64,000 nucleotides of DNA from Lama glama (taxonomy: Eukaryota). The translations under genes and the position numbers were made by a program. The notes under the pieces were generated by a model that saw only the letters and a list, made by a program, of their open reading frames with translations, was not told where the DNA came from and did not search any database. The stretch is from assembly GCA_028534125.1 (NCBI GenBank), contig CM052816.1, positions 13,394,001-13,458,000 of the forward strand, given 5' to 3'. Shown here piece after piece: positions 11,036 through 24,329 of the stretch (positions within the stretch are counted from its first letter, which is position 1; the number at the start of each line of letters is the position of its first letter).

Positions 11036-12879
11036 ATTTAAGAGGTAAAAATACAAATAAAAACCAAAGAACTGATGGCTGTAGATATCAGATTAGTGGT
11101 TACTCCTGTGGGGAGGGAGAGGACTGTGACGGGGAAGGAGAAAGCAAGAGATGCAGGTGCTTTGGGGTCCTGGCAAGGTTGTACTTTTTACCTGGGTGGC
11201 TGCTGCTCAGCAGTTAATTTGTTAAGTTGCATATTACACCGCATGCACTTTTCTATATAATAAATATGTGCAAACCTATCTTAAAACATATTAGGGACAA
11301 TAACTGTATAATATGTTAACAGCATTTTCCGGGTAATGAGATTTAAGGTGATTTTTTCCTTTCTGCTTTTAAAATATTTTCCATATTTTCCACCATTAAT
11401 ATGTTACATTTACAGCCAAAAACATTAATAAAGGTTAATAAAAGAAGTCCTCTCCCTACTCACACAAATGGCTAATTTATTCTCTAGAGGAAGGATGTTG
11501 AACGGGGCAAAATGACAGTTCCAGCTTTGTTGCACCAATCTGCGGTTTAGGTTGCATAATACAGTTGGCAGCTCCCAACTGTTTGTACTGTTTCTCTTCT
11601 CTTTCAGTCAAATACAATCAACAAACATTATTTGAGCGCCTTCCATATGCAAGGACTAATTTTCCCATCCTGGTCTCCTCACTGAGAAACGATGCTGGCT
11701 CCTCTAGAGACTTTTTTTTTGGTTTTGGTCAAGTTGTTACAGTAAATCAGCGGTGTCTTCCTTTCACCTGGGCACGGGGACATCGCGGAGGACATCCCCG
11801 ACGTCGCATTCTGAGTCTCCTGGACAAGATGTTAACAACACTGGCTGGAAGTCATCGGCCATTTGGCATACGTTTCTATATGGTCTGCTTTTAGGGAATA
11901 TTTCCTGTTTGGATTAGGAAGAGGAAAAGGAGGGAAAAGGACTGAATAAGAATCTAAATGTTGGAAACAAAGGAGGGCCTAAAATTAGCAGTGGTGGCCC
12001 AAGACACTTCAGCTTAAAAGTAACCCTGAGTAAAGAGGATTCCCTGAATAAGGAGCCTAAAAGATTTCACTGTGCTCACAATTCTTAGCAATAGAAAAGG
12101 TACTTCTGCTAAAGATAACATCCAGGACAATCACGTTAAACTCCTACAGCCACGTAAACCTTGGTCCACATACCATGCGGAGCACATGAGGCAAGCAGAT
12201 AAGGAGAGACGGACTCTGATGCAAAGGCCAGCAGTCTTGGATTGTCCTTTTCTCCCCTCAAGCAAATAGCTGACTTTCCTCGAATTCTAGCGTTTATTCA
12301 ATAGCCTAAACACATGGAAAACTGTTTCTGATCCGATTTTAACCTCCTTAAATGCCTTGTCTACTCCATTTTATCTTCCCTGCCTGGCTTTGCTCCTCCA
12401 GAAGTGGCCAGACATAAACCCCGCTTCCTCCCTAGGACTGCGCTCGCCTTACGCACCAGCTGGCTCCGGCTGCAGTGAAGAAACGCAGCCTCACTGGGCT
12501 TCGTGGTGATTTTCACCCCTTGTTTGTTTGGTTCTGAGGAGCTGATTGACTTGACTGGAAAAAAACTTTAAATGATTTTCCAGCAAAGGCACCCTTTCCA
12601 GTGGAAAAAAAGAGTTTTAACATCTGTGAATAAAAACAAACTGAAGGAAAGTGATTCTTCTATTCTCCTCCAGTTCTTGTGCTCCAAAACCAAACACCAA
12701 GAAGTCAGTGAAAACAGACCCAGCAAAACACCACTGATGCTAATCTCACAAAACTGAAACTTCTATTGTTTTCAGATCTCAGGTAGATCCACATTTACTA
12801 TGGACAGTCTATGAGTTACTATGCCATGTTATGATGCCAGCGAGATGCTCAATATAGATGCTTAACTTAAGAGAACTCT

Positions 12880-13120
12880 TCTTGATGATCATTTCAAAAT
12901 GCAAATCTGATCATGCCATTTCTCTGCATAGAATACTCAGTGAGTCCCCATTGCTTCTAGGATGAAGACCAAGGCCTTCCCACCTAGACTACTGTAAGAA
13001 TCACCAGCCTGGTTTCTTCATCTATTACCATTTCAGCCATCCTGCACTTCAAGCACATCATAACTACATAAACCCCCTACACACAGAACACAGTAAATAC
13101 TTGTCGAATGCTGTTCAACG
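12880..13120 (+). mobile_element. L2 LINE 3' fragment
   Basis: aaaatgcaaatctgatcatgccatttctctgc...cccattgcttctaggatgaag...taaatacttgtcgaatg. Confidence 0.6.
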
Positions 13121-13164
13121 AATAGGATTTTCCTGCATGTAGAAGAAACTGTTTACCCCGGTAT

Positions 13165-13400
13165 AGTGGCGTATGTTGGTACAATTTATTCCTGCCCACC
13201 AGTTCTCCAATTCCCCTTCTTCTGGTTTATTTGGAGGAGTTCTTCTAGACCTTAAGCAACACAGGTGGGTCTAGCGTCCCATCCGTGTCATTGCAGGGGC
13301 AGGCGTGCGATCTGGGCTGGCCAGTCAGAGTACCCCCATCCTTCTGGCAACAGTGGGCCAAGGACAGACATGTAACTGATCACAGCTCATCTCTGGGGTC
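13165..13400. mobile_element. MLT1-type (ERVL-MaLR) LTR fragment
   Basis: cctgcccaccagttctccaattccccttcttctgg...tctgggctggccagtcagagtacccccatcc resembles old MLT1 LTRs. Confidence 0.45.
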
Positions 13401-13745
13401 TCATATATAAATGCTCTTCTTTATGGATGCAAAACCTAAATGAATTGGCTGAGGGTGAGCAGAGGTCTTTGTATCCTGTTACACGGCAAACATCTGTCTG
13501 CAAATGGTCTTGTTTTGGTTTTTTTTTTAAAGAGAGAAGAAGAGCCAAGAAAAATAATAATTTGGGCTCCTGGATCCAATTGCGCTCGAGGTTAGGTCCA
13601 CCCCAAGATGTCCTCAAACTGTAAGCATAAAACTTCCACTTCTTCCTGAAGCTAGCTGGGTTTCCATCCTTTGAAGGTCTTTCACAATACAACCTCCCTG
13701 TTCTTCTTAGCACTCTTTACTCACCTCCGTGTCTCCAGTGCTCTC

Positions 13746-13969
13746 CAGGTCAGCAAATTTTCTTCAGGGATCATACAGTAAATATCTGAGACTTTGTGGA
13801 ACAAGAGGCAAAATTAAGGGCATTACACGGCCCCTTATATAACCATTTAAAACCTAACAGTTTAACAAAGTAAAAACCATTCGTAATTCAGGAGTCATAG
13901 AGGGAAAACAACAAAAAACCAAGGTGACTGGCTGGATTTGGCCCACAGGCCACTGTTTTCCAATTCCTG
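13746..13969. mobile_element. MER58-like hAT-Charlie MITE
   Basis: Ends caggtcagcaaattttct... and ...gctggatttggcccacaggccactgttttccaattcctg match recalled MER58 termini. Confidence 0.7.
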
Positions 13970-15191
13970 TTCTAGTCAAACTGGTTTACTTGTGCCATGA
14001 GCGTGCTGTAAGCCTTCCGGTGCCATGTTCCTGCTGGTGACATTTTTCCCACCTGCAATGTCTCTTCCTTTGGTACTAACTTCTGTCCAGTCCACCATTC
14101 CAAGCCCATGTGAACGAGAACTCCCACCGGAGGCTCTGTGACCACACTGAGCGAGGCCTTTCTCCTCCAGATTCTCAAGGGCTCTGTCTCTCTTCTGGTC
14201 TCGACCCTACCTTGCACACTGTACTTCTCCTCCTCTTGTATCTCTTCTGCCCTGTGAATGCTTAGTCAGTTTCTCTGCAATTGACAAGACCTAAAGGCTG
14301 CAGTGAACAACAAACAAGCAAAACCTCCACAGGACTGAAGTCCTCAGTAAAGGGAAAGGGAAGACGGGTGTACCAGTGGCACAGGGTCAGACATCTGGTA
14401 GCCAGGGAAGCCAGACATTTCCGAATCGGAATTATCAAACAGGACGTATCATCCAACAGAACGGCTCTCATTCTGGTGTTGCCACGACCACTCTACATAC
14501 AGCCACCTGCTTGCTTGCCTAGGATGGTTATGCCCGACAGGTACTACAAAAGGGGCTTTTCAGGCATTTCGCTCCTGGTGGGGAGGGAGACAGAATTCGC
14601 TGGTCTAGACTTTGATGGACTCCTACGTGCCAACCTGCAGTTCCGATTGCTCCCTGGTGGTGTCCTTCCTTCTCACCACTGGGTAGTGTTAGCCAACCTC
14701 AGTCATTTGGGCCCCGGACTCCTACGTTTCACCACTCTGTGCATCATATATATTTTAAAATTTAATATTTTAATTTTTTTCTCTAAATTGATCTCCTTCA
14801 GAAAACATAAACATCTACTTTAGTCCATTCTAAATAATAAAACCTCATTATTATTAAAACGAAGAAAAAAAATTCATCCAGGTACCCTTTAAACATTTCA
14901 GGTACCTCAGCGACACAAGGCTCACAGTTTGAAAATCTCTGTTCTCTGTTATCAGTCTTTTTACTTCCTCTTGCAAAATGGTAGCATGTATTTTTCCAGC
15001 ATCTATTTAATTACCCCGAAGAGCTAAATTGATTAATAAAAAACTTGCATGTCCATTTCAGGCAAGGTGCTGATGGTCACTTAATATTTGTCCCTCTTAA
15101 TTTGGGTATCATTTGTCTATACTTTCATCATCATCATGTCAGCATTTGTTTACTGTATCTTGCCTTCCTGGGAGAACAGGACTTTTAAAAG

Positions 15192-15469
15192 CGTGTTTAT
15201 TGAGGGATAATTTACATATTACAAAGTTCACCCACTTTAAGTGTACAACACTGAGAGAGTTGTGTAATCATCACCTATAATCCACTTTGATAATGTCGCT
15301 ATCAGCCCCCAAAGGTCCTTCCTGCCCTTTGCAAGTAAGCCCCGCTCCTGTCGCCAGCTGGAGGCAATCAGCGATCTATTTTCCGTCACTAGAGATTTGC
15401 CTTTTTCGGCACTTCACAAAAATGGGATCATACAGTGTGTGATCTTTCGTGTCTGGCTTATTTCACTTG
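15192..15469 (-). mobile_element. L1MB-type 3' end fragment
   Basis: tttattgagggataatttacatattacaaagttcacccactttaagtgtacaa...aaatgggatcatacagtgtgtgatctttcgtgtctggctt. Confidence 0.75.
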
Positions 15470-15544
15470 CAGATGCTTACAGTGGGTCAATAAGCTTGCA
15501 AAGGGAAGGTGAAAATGAAGAGGTAACAAATGACGACGACTGAC

Positions 15545-15765
15545 TTTTATTGAATGCTCAGTATGTACGGCCATTCTGCCCAGCTTTGGAGGTCATTATC
15601 TTATTTAATTCTTCCAAACAACCTCAATGATAGGTACCTACTATTCCCATTTTTCAGATGAGAAAACGGAGGCTCATAAAGTTTAAGGATCTTTGCCTAA
15701 AGTCAATTGGCTAATTAGTGGATGAGCAGGGCTTTGAAACTAGCCCTAACTCTCAGCCACTATGC
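15545..15765 (-). mobile_element. MIR SINE
   Basis: tttattgaatgctcagtatgt...atttaattcttccaaacaacct...cccatttttcagatgagaaaacggaggctca. Confidence 0.8.
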
Positions 15766-16858
15766 TATCTGCCCTGTGGTTAAAAAAAAAAAAAGAAGTC
15801 TTGAGATGAAACCAACTGAGATTTTCCTTAAAAAAAAAAAAGTTTTCAACTGACAGGAGAAGGTAATACACAGTTCATGGTGCCACGAAAAACCCTTTGA
15901 GGGTGCCTAGAAGGGAACGTTCATCACAATGGGCACTCCAGCATCTTTTGAGCACCGCTACCTTCCACGGGACACAGAAACCCCGTCTCACATTCCAAGC
16001 CCGCTGCTCCGGTTGCTCAGGCCAATTGGAAGAAGCCTGTTCCTTGCAGCATCATTTATAATATGTGCGCCTGCCCTCAATGTACTGAAGCCTTTGCAAT
16101 TTATTTAGAAAGCATGTGTTGGAAGACAAAAAAAAATTATATATTTAAGGCTGTTTATGAGCAAATTGCCTGAAAAAGCCTCAAGCTGGTCCATTTGTGC
16201 CATCTGTCCTAAGGGAAACTAGAAACCACCGGTCCGCCTGCCTGAGTCCTGCTCTTATCAAGGAAGCTGGAATTACCTCTTTGGTGAAGGATTTGAATCA
16301 TTACAGTAAATCCCTTACTCAGCACATCTTGTATGAGGGAGGCATCCTGACTCTAAAACCCAGGGTTTTTATCTTCTTGCCCTGAAAAGATGCAATAAAA
16401 CCTTAGCTATTTAAAGCCCGGCAGGCAGAGTGAATTGTGCCTTAGCCTTGTTTGTTACTCAGGGATAAATATTTACTAAACAAAGATTTTTCTGCACACC
16501 TACTACATGGCAGGCCCTCTGCAGGCACAGGGAACACGGCAGAAAACAGGTGGAGAGCGGCTTTGGCTCCCAAGTGACTTATGTTCACTCCCGGGGAACG
16601 TCAAGGCAGGGTGTGGGAACATGCGCGGGGTGGAGGAAAAATATCAAAACTTCTATTTGCATTTTCCACCTGGTCCTTGGGAGATTTGTATTTTATATAT
16701 GTTTTCAGATGTGTGTCAACCAATTAGTAAGAGAGGTAGGTACGTGATAAACAAGTTAATAAAAACAGCAGACACATAGTGGAGGTACTGGCCCCAAATA
16801 TTGTTTCTGATAATGTTTTTGGTCATTCAAATGATCAAATTGTTTAGGGAACACTATT

Positions 16859-16896
16859 CGTGCGTGCATGCGTGCATGCGTGTGTGTGTGTGTGTG
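16859..16896. repeat. (TGCG/TGCA)n(TG)n alternating purine-pyrimidine microsatellite
   Basis: cgtgcgtgcatgcgtgcatgcgtgtgtgtgtgtgtgtg seen directly. Confidence 0.9.
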
Positions 16897-18959
16897 AACA
16901 GACAAGCAAGTCAACAACCCAATTAAGATCATTTAGGGTGGGCTGATCTGGGCTCTGTGGATGGGGCTGCTCCTCTCAGGAGTGACATTTTGGCAGAGAC
17001 ATCAACACGGGAGAGGGCTCAGGCGTCCTCCTCTTAAACGCCAGTGCATCTTTTCATTTTAAACACTTGGACTTAAAACAAAAACCAAGCCCGATGTCCT
17101 GCCAAGCACCCTCACAGTCTCTTCGCTTCATCACAGAGCCTCTTCCCAGAACCCTCGGGGCACTTAATGGAAAGGGTCCCATTTTGAAGGGAAGAACTAC
17201 TGAGAGTCATACCTGCTGGCCTGGCTGTAGCAGAGTTCCCAGTAGCAGCTGGTAATGGCAAAACAGACTTTTCCTGCGAGAAACTGTTTCCTGGTAAAGC
17301 TAAAAATCATTCTGTTTGGGGAAACAAATGTTTGGCTTTTCAGTGAAATCTCTATGTGCCCTAAAAAGTACGTTGCTTGTTCCTTTTTGGAAAGAAGGAA
17401 TTACAGAAACGCACGCCAACCAACACACAGCCAGCCTGGAGCCCTCCCTTCCCTTGTGAGAGGTGTCACATCTCCAGGTCTCCAGAGGACCAGGCACAAG
17501 ATTAGATACTGTTTTTTTCTAGACCACTCTTTCACAACCTGAGCTATAACATTTTTGAAGTTCCATTCACTTCTGGCCAGAATACGTATGTTAATTCACC
17601 CACAAAGGCATTCCTGGTAAGCCTTCTGCCCGGAAGACCCACTGTCAGCTCCTCCTCCTCACTGTCACCAGGGCTTTGGTGACAAAACGGTACTCTGCAT
17701 ATACTTAACCTTTGCCTCATTCTCCCAGGAAACTATGGACAGGAAGGAGAATCTTCCCAAGGGAAGAATATTGCAAATCATACAATTTAGAAACATAAAA
17801 AATTGAAAGAGAATCAATTGTATTTTCCCAAATAAAAAGTCCCCACACTGTTGGGCAGTTGAATGAGTCCAGCTGGACTGGGGCCTGAAAAAAAAAATCT
17901 GTATTTTAAAAATATTCTTCCCCCCTCCCCCCAACTCCAACCTTGTGCTTCTGATGAGCAAGCAGAGGTGGGAACCGCTGATCCCTGGTTTCCACCCTGT
18001 TCCTTGTCAGCTTTGGAAATGACTAGGAAATGCAAACACACCAGGGACTTAGGAGCAAACACCTTGCTGATGATAACATTTCTGATTTATTTATTTGCAT
18101 AGATCTTGTTACGATTTTGGGGCAAGTAGGTGTAAATCTCCTATTCACTGAATTGATATACTTGCCAGTGTTGATCTGTGATTCGCTCAAAAGACCTGGA
18201 GGAGCTCTGGGAAGAGAGGGGTCAGTTTAAGCTGGGGTACTTTGGGAAAGCTTCCCTTGGGTTGGAGTATTCCTGTCTTCCATTTTGAGCTTTCAGTTTA
18301 AGGGGGCTGTGGTCAGCCTTGTAGCTGGGAAAGAAGAATCAGAGTCAAGCGCAAAACGAGGCCCCGCTCTCTGCAGACACAAGACGCAGCAAACAGCACC
18401 CACACAGCCGTGCTTCAAAAATAACAGCCCCCCACTGGTACAGAGGGCTTCCAGGCTCAGGGCTGAGCCCTCGGGTCACCGATGCGTCCCAATGACCCGA
18501 GAGGGCTGCCCTGACTTTGCAGAGGGTGAGCTGAGAGTGGGTGCGGTTGAGTTATTTATTTCCTAAGAGCCAATGAGCAGTGGTGCTGTGACGAAGTGAG
18601 GCTGCCTGACCGCCGTGTGCGCTGCGCCCCTCCGGCCTGCCCTCGGCGGCTGCCACCGGGCTGCGGCTCCCCAGTCCCCAGCACACTTACTCCGCAGGCC
18701 CGGCGCGCAGAGGGGCCAAGGGATGTCTGATGCAAACGCAGCGAGCTCACTTACAGGGAATTTGCCTCAAGCACCCCCGAACCTGCTGATGCCGGTAAAT
18801 CCCAGTTCCAAGATCTTCTAAATACATATTACATAGGGGAAAAAAAAATGGTTTGGACGCTTTTCAACACTTTCCTCGGTTATCTGTTTCCAGAGAATAC
18901 CTGCCATATTTGATAAACAGACTTCTAGATGAAAATGATATTCTTAACAGGAGTGAATT

Positions 18960-19205
18960 AGCAGTTAAGTGCCAGAGTCTGGAGTCAGGCAGAGCTGCAA
19001 GACTGCTCTGAATCCTGGCTCTGCCGCTTGCTAGCCACGTGACTGTGGGCAACTTAACTTCTGTGCCCCTCATTTTCTTCCCCTGCTTGCAATGGGGATA
19101 ATCATTAATAACTGAACCTCATAGGATGGGTGAGAATTAAAGGGGACCGTGCATATAGTATACTTGGTATATTGAAGCCTGGCACACAGCAAGCATCACT
19201 AAACA
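18960..19205 (+). mobile_element. MIR SINE, near full length
   Basis: agtctggagtcaggcag...tgaatcctggctctgccgcttgctagccacgtgactgtgggcaacttaacttctgtgcccctcattttc...cctggcacacagcaagc. Confidence 0.85.
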
Positions 19206-20854
19206 GTAGCTGTGGTGGTTGGGATATGCTTGACTTGTCCTGAAAAAAAAATTTAGTTCTTCTATTTTAAAGTGAAAAACAAAGTGGACTCATACTTGTA
19301 CCAAATAGACATCTGAAGGCATGGATCCAAACAGAGGTGAAAATGAAGAGACCACTGTACCAGCACCTGGCCAAAAGGAGAGAAAAAGTCATCCGCCTCC
19401 CGTTCTGGGGCTTCCAGCCCAGGATCATTTCCCGTCTTAGCATAGCCCTGTCACTTGTGTCTGCACAGCAAAGCCCCCGACGGAAAGCACACAGAGGCAA
19501 GTTCACAGGCGCTCGGGTTGTGTTACCCAGGGCAGATCGGTGCCCAGGGATCAAATCACACACGCCCGCCCTAGGCCCAGAAGTTCTTGTTCAAGTGGAG
19601 GTGTCAATGCTGAGCTCCGGCTCATCTAGGGACCTTAATTAAGCCTCAGCCTCTTTTTCAGGGCAGGCCAACAGGAAGCGCCTGTTTTTCTGTTGGCTCT
19701 CAGAGACAAGCTGGTGGTGCGGAAACTGGGTCTGGCAAGATGGGAGGACAGGTCCTAACCACTGGCCCGCACTCCTTCTGGGGGTGTCCAGGAGGAGGAT
19801 CTGAATTCCCAGGTGCAATTGTGACAGCTTTCTGAGAAGCCCCCGTGGAGAGGGCGGGTGGAGGGACGGAGCTGTAGGGCAATACTCCTTTCTTGAGGTG
19901 GGTCTTTCCCCAAGGATGGCTACAGGGTCTTAAAAGCAGCACCGCACAGGCCTCATACAAAAGCTGCCAGGGGCAGAATGAGCAGTGCTCATTCCCGTAA
20001 TACCCGGCACGGGGAGCAGCAAGGGGCGCCTTCACTGGGACGAGGCAGGCTGAGCCAGGTCCTCGGACGTCAGGACTTAAGGAATGGCTTAGTGTCTTGG
20101 AGTGGCGGGCGGGCCACTGCCCCAGCTTCCCTCCCTTCTTTTCCTTCTAAGCCATGAGCCTTTTAACATCTAATTTCCCCTCTTCCTGTCCTCACCTCTG
20201 CCAGTAGGCGAAATGCTGGTTCTGTAAATAGAGAGGCTCTTCAGGAAGGAAGGCTCACCGAGGAACTTCCTGCAGGGAACTCAAGGTTGAGAGGGAAGAT
20301 TAAGGGCAGTGGAGGCAGGTGGAGTGCGGGTGGGAATCCTTAGGGCTCCACCTCGCTCTCATTTGAAAACCAGGGATATGTTACCCTGAAGGGCCTCAGT
20401 GAGGACTGCATGAATCAAGGTACATAAAGGGCTGGGTACCACATCTGGCACAGAGAACATACCCTCAACATAATAGCAAGTGTTGATACGTACTGACTTT
20501 GATAAGCTAGTAGAATTAAGAAAAGGAGTGAACCACTTTAGGGTCTGCACAGCCATATCTGCCCGTCCAAAGTAAAATGAACCAGGGGGAAGGATGCCAG
20601 AGCTTTGTTTAATTTAAATATTCAAATCCAGCTTACTTTCTCTCCTCCTCCCCCACCCCTCTTTGTTTTTCGTAAAGGAAAAAAAAATTTAAAAGGGGGG
20701 CATGTCCCATAATATATTTTTTAATACATATTAATTTTTTTAAATACAGACAGAAAACCTATTATTTTTGTTTCTAGCTACAAAAGCAATTTGTGTTCAA
20801 CATAGGAAAAAAAGAAACAATAATAGACTAAAACCAAAACTAAACAAACCCTCC

Positions 20855-21580
20855 CAAATTAAAAATAGAACTATCAAATGATCCAGTAATTGCATTTCTG
20901 AGTGTTTGAAGAAAACAAAAACACTAACTTAAAAAGATACCTGCACCCCCATGTTCACTTGCAGCCTTATTTATAACAGCCAAGGTATAGAAACAACTTA
21001 AGTGTCCATCAACAAATAAGTGGATAAAGAAGCTGTGGTATATATACACAATAGAATATTATTCAGCCATAAAAAAGAATGAAATCTTGCCATTTGTAAC
21101 AACATGGATGGACCTTGAGGGCATTATGCTAAGTGAGATAAGTCAGACAGAAAGACAAAAACTATATAATTTCATTTATATGTGGACTTTAAAACAAAAA
21201 ACAAATCCACTGAGCTCACAGATACAGAGAACAGATTGGTGGTTGCCAGAGGTAAAGAGGTGGGAGACGGGCAAAATGGGTGAAGGTGGTCAAAAGATAC
21301 AAACTTCCAGCTATAAACTAAAGAAGTCACAGGGATGTAACGCACAGCATTGTGACTACAGTTAATAATACCGTATTGCATACTTGGAAATTAATCAGAG
21401 AGTAGATCTTAAAAGTTCTCATCATAAGAAAGAAAAATTTTTGTAACCATGCACGAATGCTGAATAGACTTTCTGTCTTGATCATTTTGCAATATATACA
21501 AATATCGAATCATGTTGTACACTTGAAATTAATAATTTTACATGTCAGTTAGACCTCAACAAAACAAAAAACTAACCAAA
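20855..21580 (+). mobile_element. L1MA-type 3' end (ORF2 C-terminus remnant, 3' UTR and A-rich tail)
   Basis: aaattaaaaatagaacta...gccataaaaaagaatgaaatcttgccatttgtaacaacatggatggaccttgagggcattatgctaagtga. ORF 21087-21365 (PFVTTWMDLEGIMLSEISQ) is an L1 ORF2-end signature. Confidence 0.9.
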
Positions 21581-21599
21581 ACCAACCATTAATATTCCC

Positions 21600-22055
21600 A
21601 CTCAAAGGTAACCACATGTTGCTGACGGCTTTAGAAGTTTTGTATTTATACATATGCATTCATACGTGTTTGTTTTGCCCATTAAAATTGCACCATAATT
21701 TACAAACTTTTTTATTCTGCTTTTTTCAACAAAGTAGTTTACTATGAAAATAATTCCATGCCAATAAAATCTACCAGCAACATCATTTTTAATAGTTGCA
21801 TTGTAGTCCATGGCTGTGTGACACTTACCAAATCATCACCTTCACTGGTCATTTACTTCCCTCATTTGCTATTACAAGTAATCCTGGGGTAAAAATCCAT
21901 CCACCTTTGCAAACATCTGTGATTATTTCCCCAGGCTAAACACTAGAAGTGCAATTACTAAGTCAAAGGGTTAGTACAACTGAAGGCCTCTGACCCATAC
22001 TTCCGTAGTGCTCCCAAGAAGGTCATGCTGTTTTAGAATCCCACCCACAGTGGGC
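21600..22055 (-). mobile_element. Old L1ME-type fragment
   Basis: catcatttttaatagttgcattgtagtccat...gattatttccccaggctaaacactagaagtgcaattactaagtcaaaggg. Confidence 0.6.
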
Positions 22056-24329
22056 CAGTCTGGCCTCACACATGGACCTCCCCTTCTTCGGTCTCTCGGG
22101 TATGTGGATTCTGTTGCTTCTGTCAAACGAGCCCACCAAGATCAGGAAAAACAGTGCTGATCTAGTCTAGGTTCAAATCATTCCTCCAAAATAAATGAGA
22201 GCTGTGAGAGGAGACTGCTCTGAACTGCTGCAGTGTTTCAGAACAAGGGGGTGGGGAGAGAAGGGAGGGTGGGTTTGCTGGGCCTTAGTCTCTTCTCCTG
22301 AATTGAGAATTCCTGGCTTCCTCCAGTCCATCCATCAGCAAGGGAATGAATGAGCTTATATACAGCAGGGACACACATGCTGAGTGCATACATGCACACT
22401 GTCACCCCCATCACACCTCCAGCTGCGAGGCTGGAGACACTGGCAGGTAAAATGTCCTTTTAAAACCTTCATGAACTCAAGGCTGAATATTCCTCACTCA
22501 CTTATTTTTTTTTTTAAAGGGGAGAGAAAAGGATATGCGATAATAAATTAATCTGGGTTGGAGATTCAAATATTCATAATGAGTATTTCAGCTGGTTAAA
22601 AAGAGCCATTCTCCACCTCCCAGTGGGCAGGAAGGGACAGCTGGCATTTTGGAGTTGGCAAATTCCTCCTGAAAGATCAATGTTGTCTCTGTATTTGATA
22701 GACTGATCTGGTCTAAGGTTTATTTGTTGAAATAGATAATGTAATATTCAGACCATCAGCGTGTGCACACGTACGCTGTTTTCCCTTAACCCCTTTCCTT
22801 CCGTGGAACTTTCAGAATCTGAATGCCTTACCGCCTTTTTGGACAGTCAGAGTTTCTGACCAGGGACAAAGGGGACTTCCAATGATGTGGCTACCATGGG
22901 GAGAGGAAGAGACAGAACAAACAATCTTCGAGAACTACAGGTTATCTAAAATTCCACTGAAACTAAGAAAATGGAGCTCTTCCCCCAAGTGCCTGCTACC
23001 ACGTCCCCCATCGGAATCTCTGCCTGCTGACAAGGACAACAACAGAGAGAGGCTTGTCTAGATGACAGTGAGGAGCAGGGCCACTGCTGGGGAGCCCCAT
23101 GGCTTGCACTGGCCTCTGGGGACCTGCACGGGACACCCAAGAGCAGGTGAGGGAAGCCATTCCCCTGGTGTGCTCTGGCCCACGACCAGAAGCAGGAGTG
23201 GCCTGGGGGAATTTCCACTAGGGGTGCAGCTGCCACTTTTCGGGTAACTACCAATAGGTGTGGGCAAGGAAGAGCTCGAGAAATGAGTTGCCTGCTGACA
23301 ACTCATTCTGCAAGTGGCTGCCCAGCAGACGAGGGACAGTCCGTGTGTTTGGTGGCGGCTCAGGGTGGAGGGCAAACTCCCAGCGGGTTAGTGCCAAAGC
23401 CCAGGGCCTGTGTCCTTCCAGAACAGTGGCCAAGATGAGGGACGAGGAGCAATGGTTAACGGTTACGCAGGGCTCATTGCAAGGCAGGTCACGGAGGGCT
23501 CTGCTCTCACTATCTCCTCAGTCCGCACAATGAGCCCGGCAGACAGGGAGCCCAGATCCAGGAACCTGGTGTTCTGGAAAATCACAGAAAACCTTCCAGG
23601 ACTTTTAAAAAATTTTTTTCACTCTGAGCCTACCCCAACCCACCTCCTGCCCTCATCTCCAGAAGCACTCGGCCAAGTGCTGTGTTTACATGTTTTGAGA
23701 GATTATGTTGCCACCAGAAACAGCTCAAGTTCCCCTCCAGGCCCAGTCGAGGAAAAGAAACGGGCTCATTTGCCACTTTTAAATTGCATGGGGCACATGG
23801 AGAATAACTCTAAAGCCAGACTAGCCAGCCTCCTGCCCCGGTGTTGGGTTCAGATGGAGTTAACAAAACTCGACGAGCGGGGCTGTCGGGGTCCCAGCGA
23901 CCGGCAGCACGAGCTTTCCAAGGACCTGTGTTCTAAAGGGTCAGGTGGACTGTGTTAACCCAGGACCAAACCCTGCAAAAAACAGTTCTCTTGACATGAT
24001 TTATGGAATCAACTATTTACATAGGATCTGAATCTGAGAATGGAGTGGCTAAAAATAGAGCGACTATTTACCAGAGAACTGGCATGGCCAGGCCACCATC
24101 CAGAGAGAGCAGAAGATTTGTCTCTATTTCTAGGAAACTGCAGGACATTCTGGCCTGACACAACTGGTGATGAGTATATGAAACTCAAACGCTGTGTAAG
24201 TAATACCCTAGGCCAATTCCAAAGGTAGGTGAGACATTATCTTGTGTATCTTGTGTCAAGGATGGGCTCCGGATAAAGGGATTCCTGGCTCATGAACAAA
24301 ACAATCCTTATTTTTTTTTAAACTAAAAT

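Larger units (their letters stand above)
9410..11270 (+). mobile_element. Degenerate L1 (L1ME/L1M-type) ORF2 end and 3' UTR, interrupted by a SINE and a MER82
   Basis: L1 hallmarks: aaatggtgccaggataattg, ttgactacattaaaataaagaact, gacaaccaagtggcaaatggacaaga, atgaaaaccacagagacgat, tgacccagcagttcattcc. Confidence 0.75.

Noticed and set aside
14281..14823. 180-aa plus-strand ORF
   Set aside because: Non-ATG start, no recognisable domain, and it runs into repeat-like and AT-rich sequence; consistent with chance.
18590..18750. GC/CpG-rich patch (similar one at ~60930-61090)
   Set aside because: Too short for a CpG island, and I see no promoter or exon evidence.
23410..23958. 182-aa plus-strand ORF
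   Set aside because: Non-ATG start, antisense to the host gene, no homology I can recognise.
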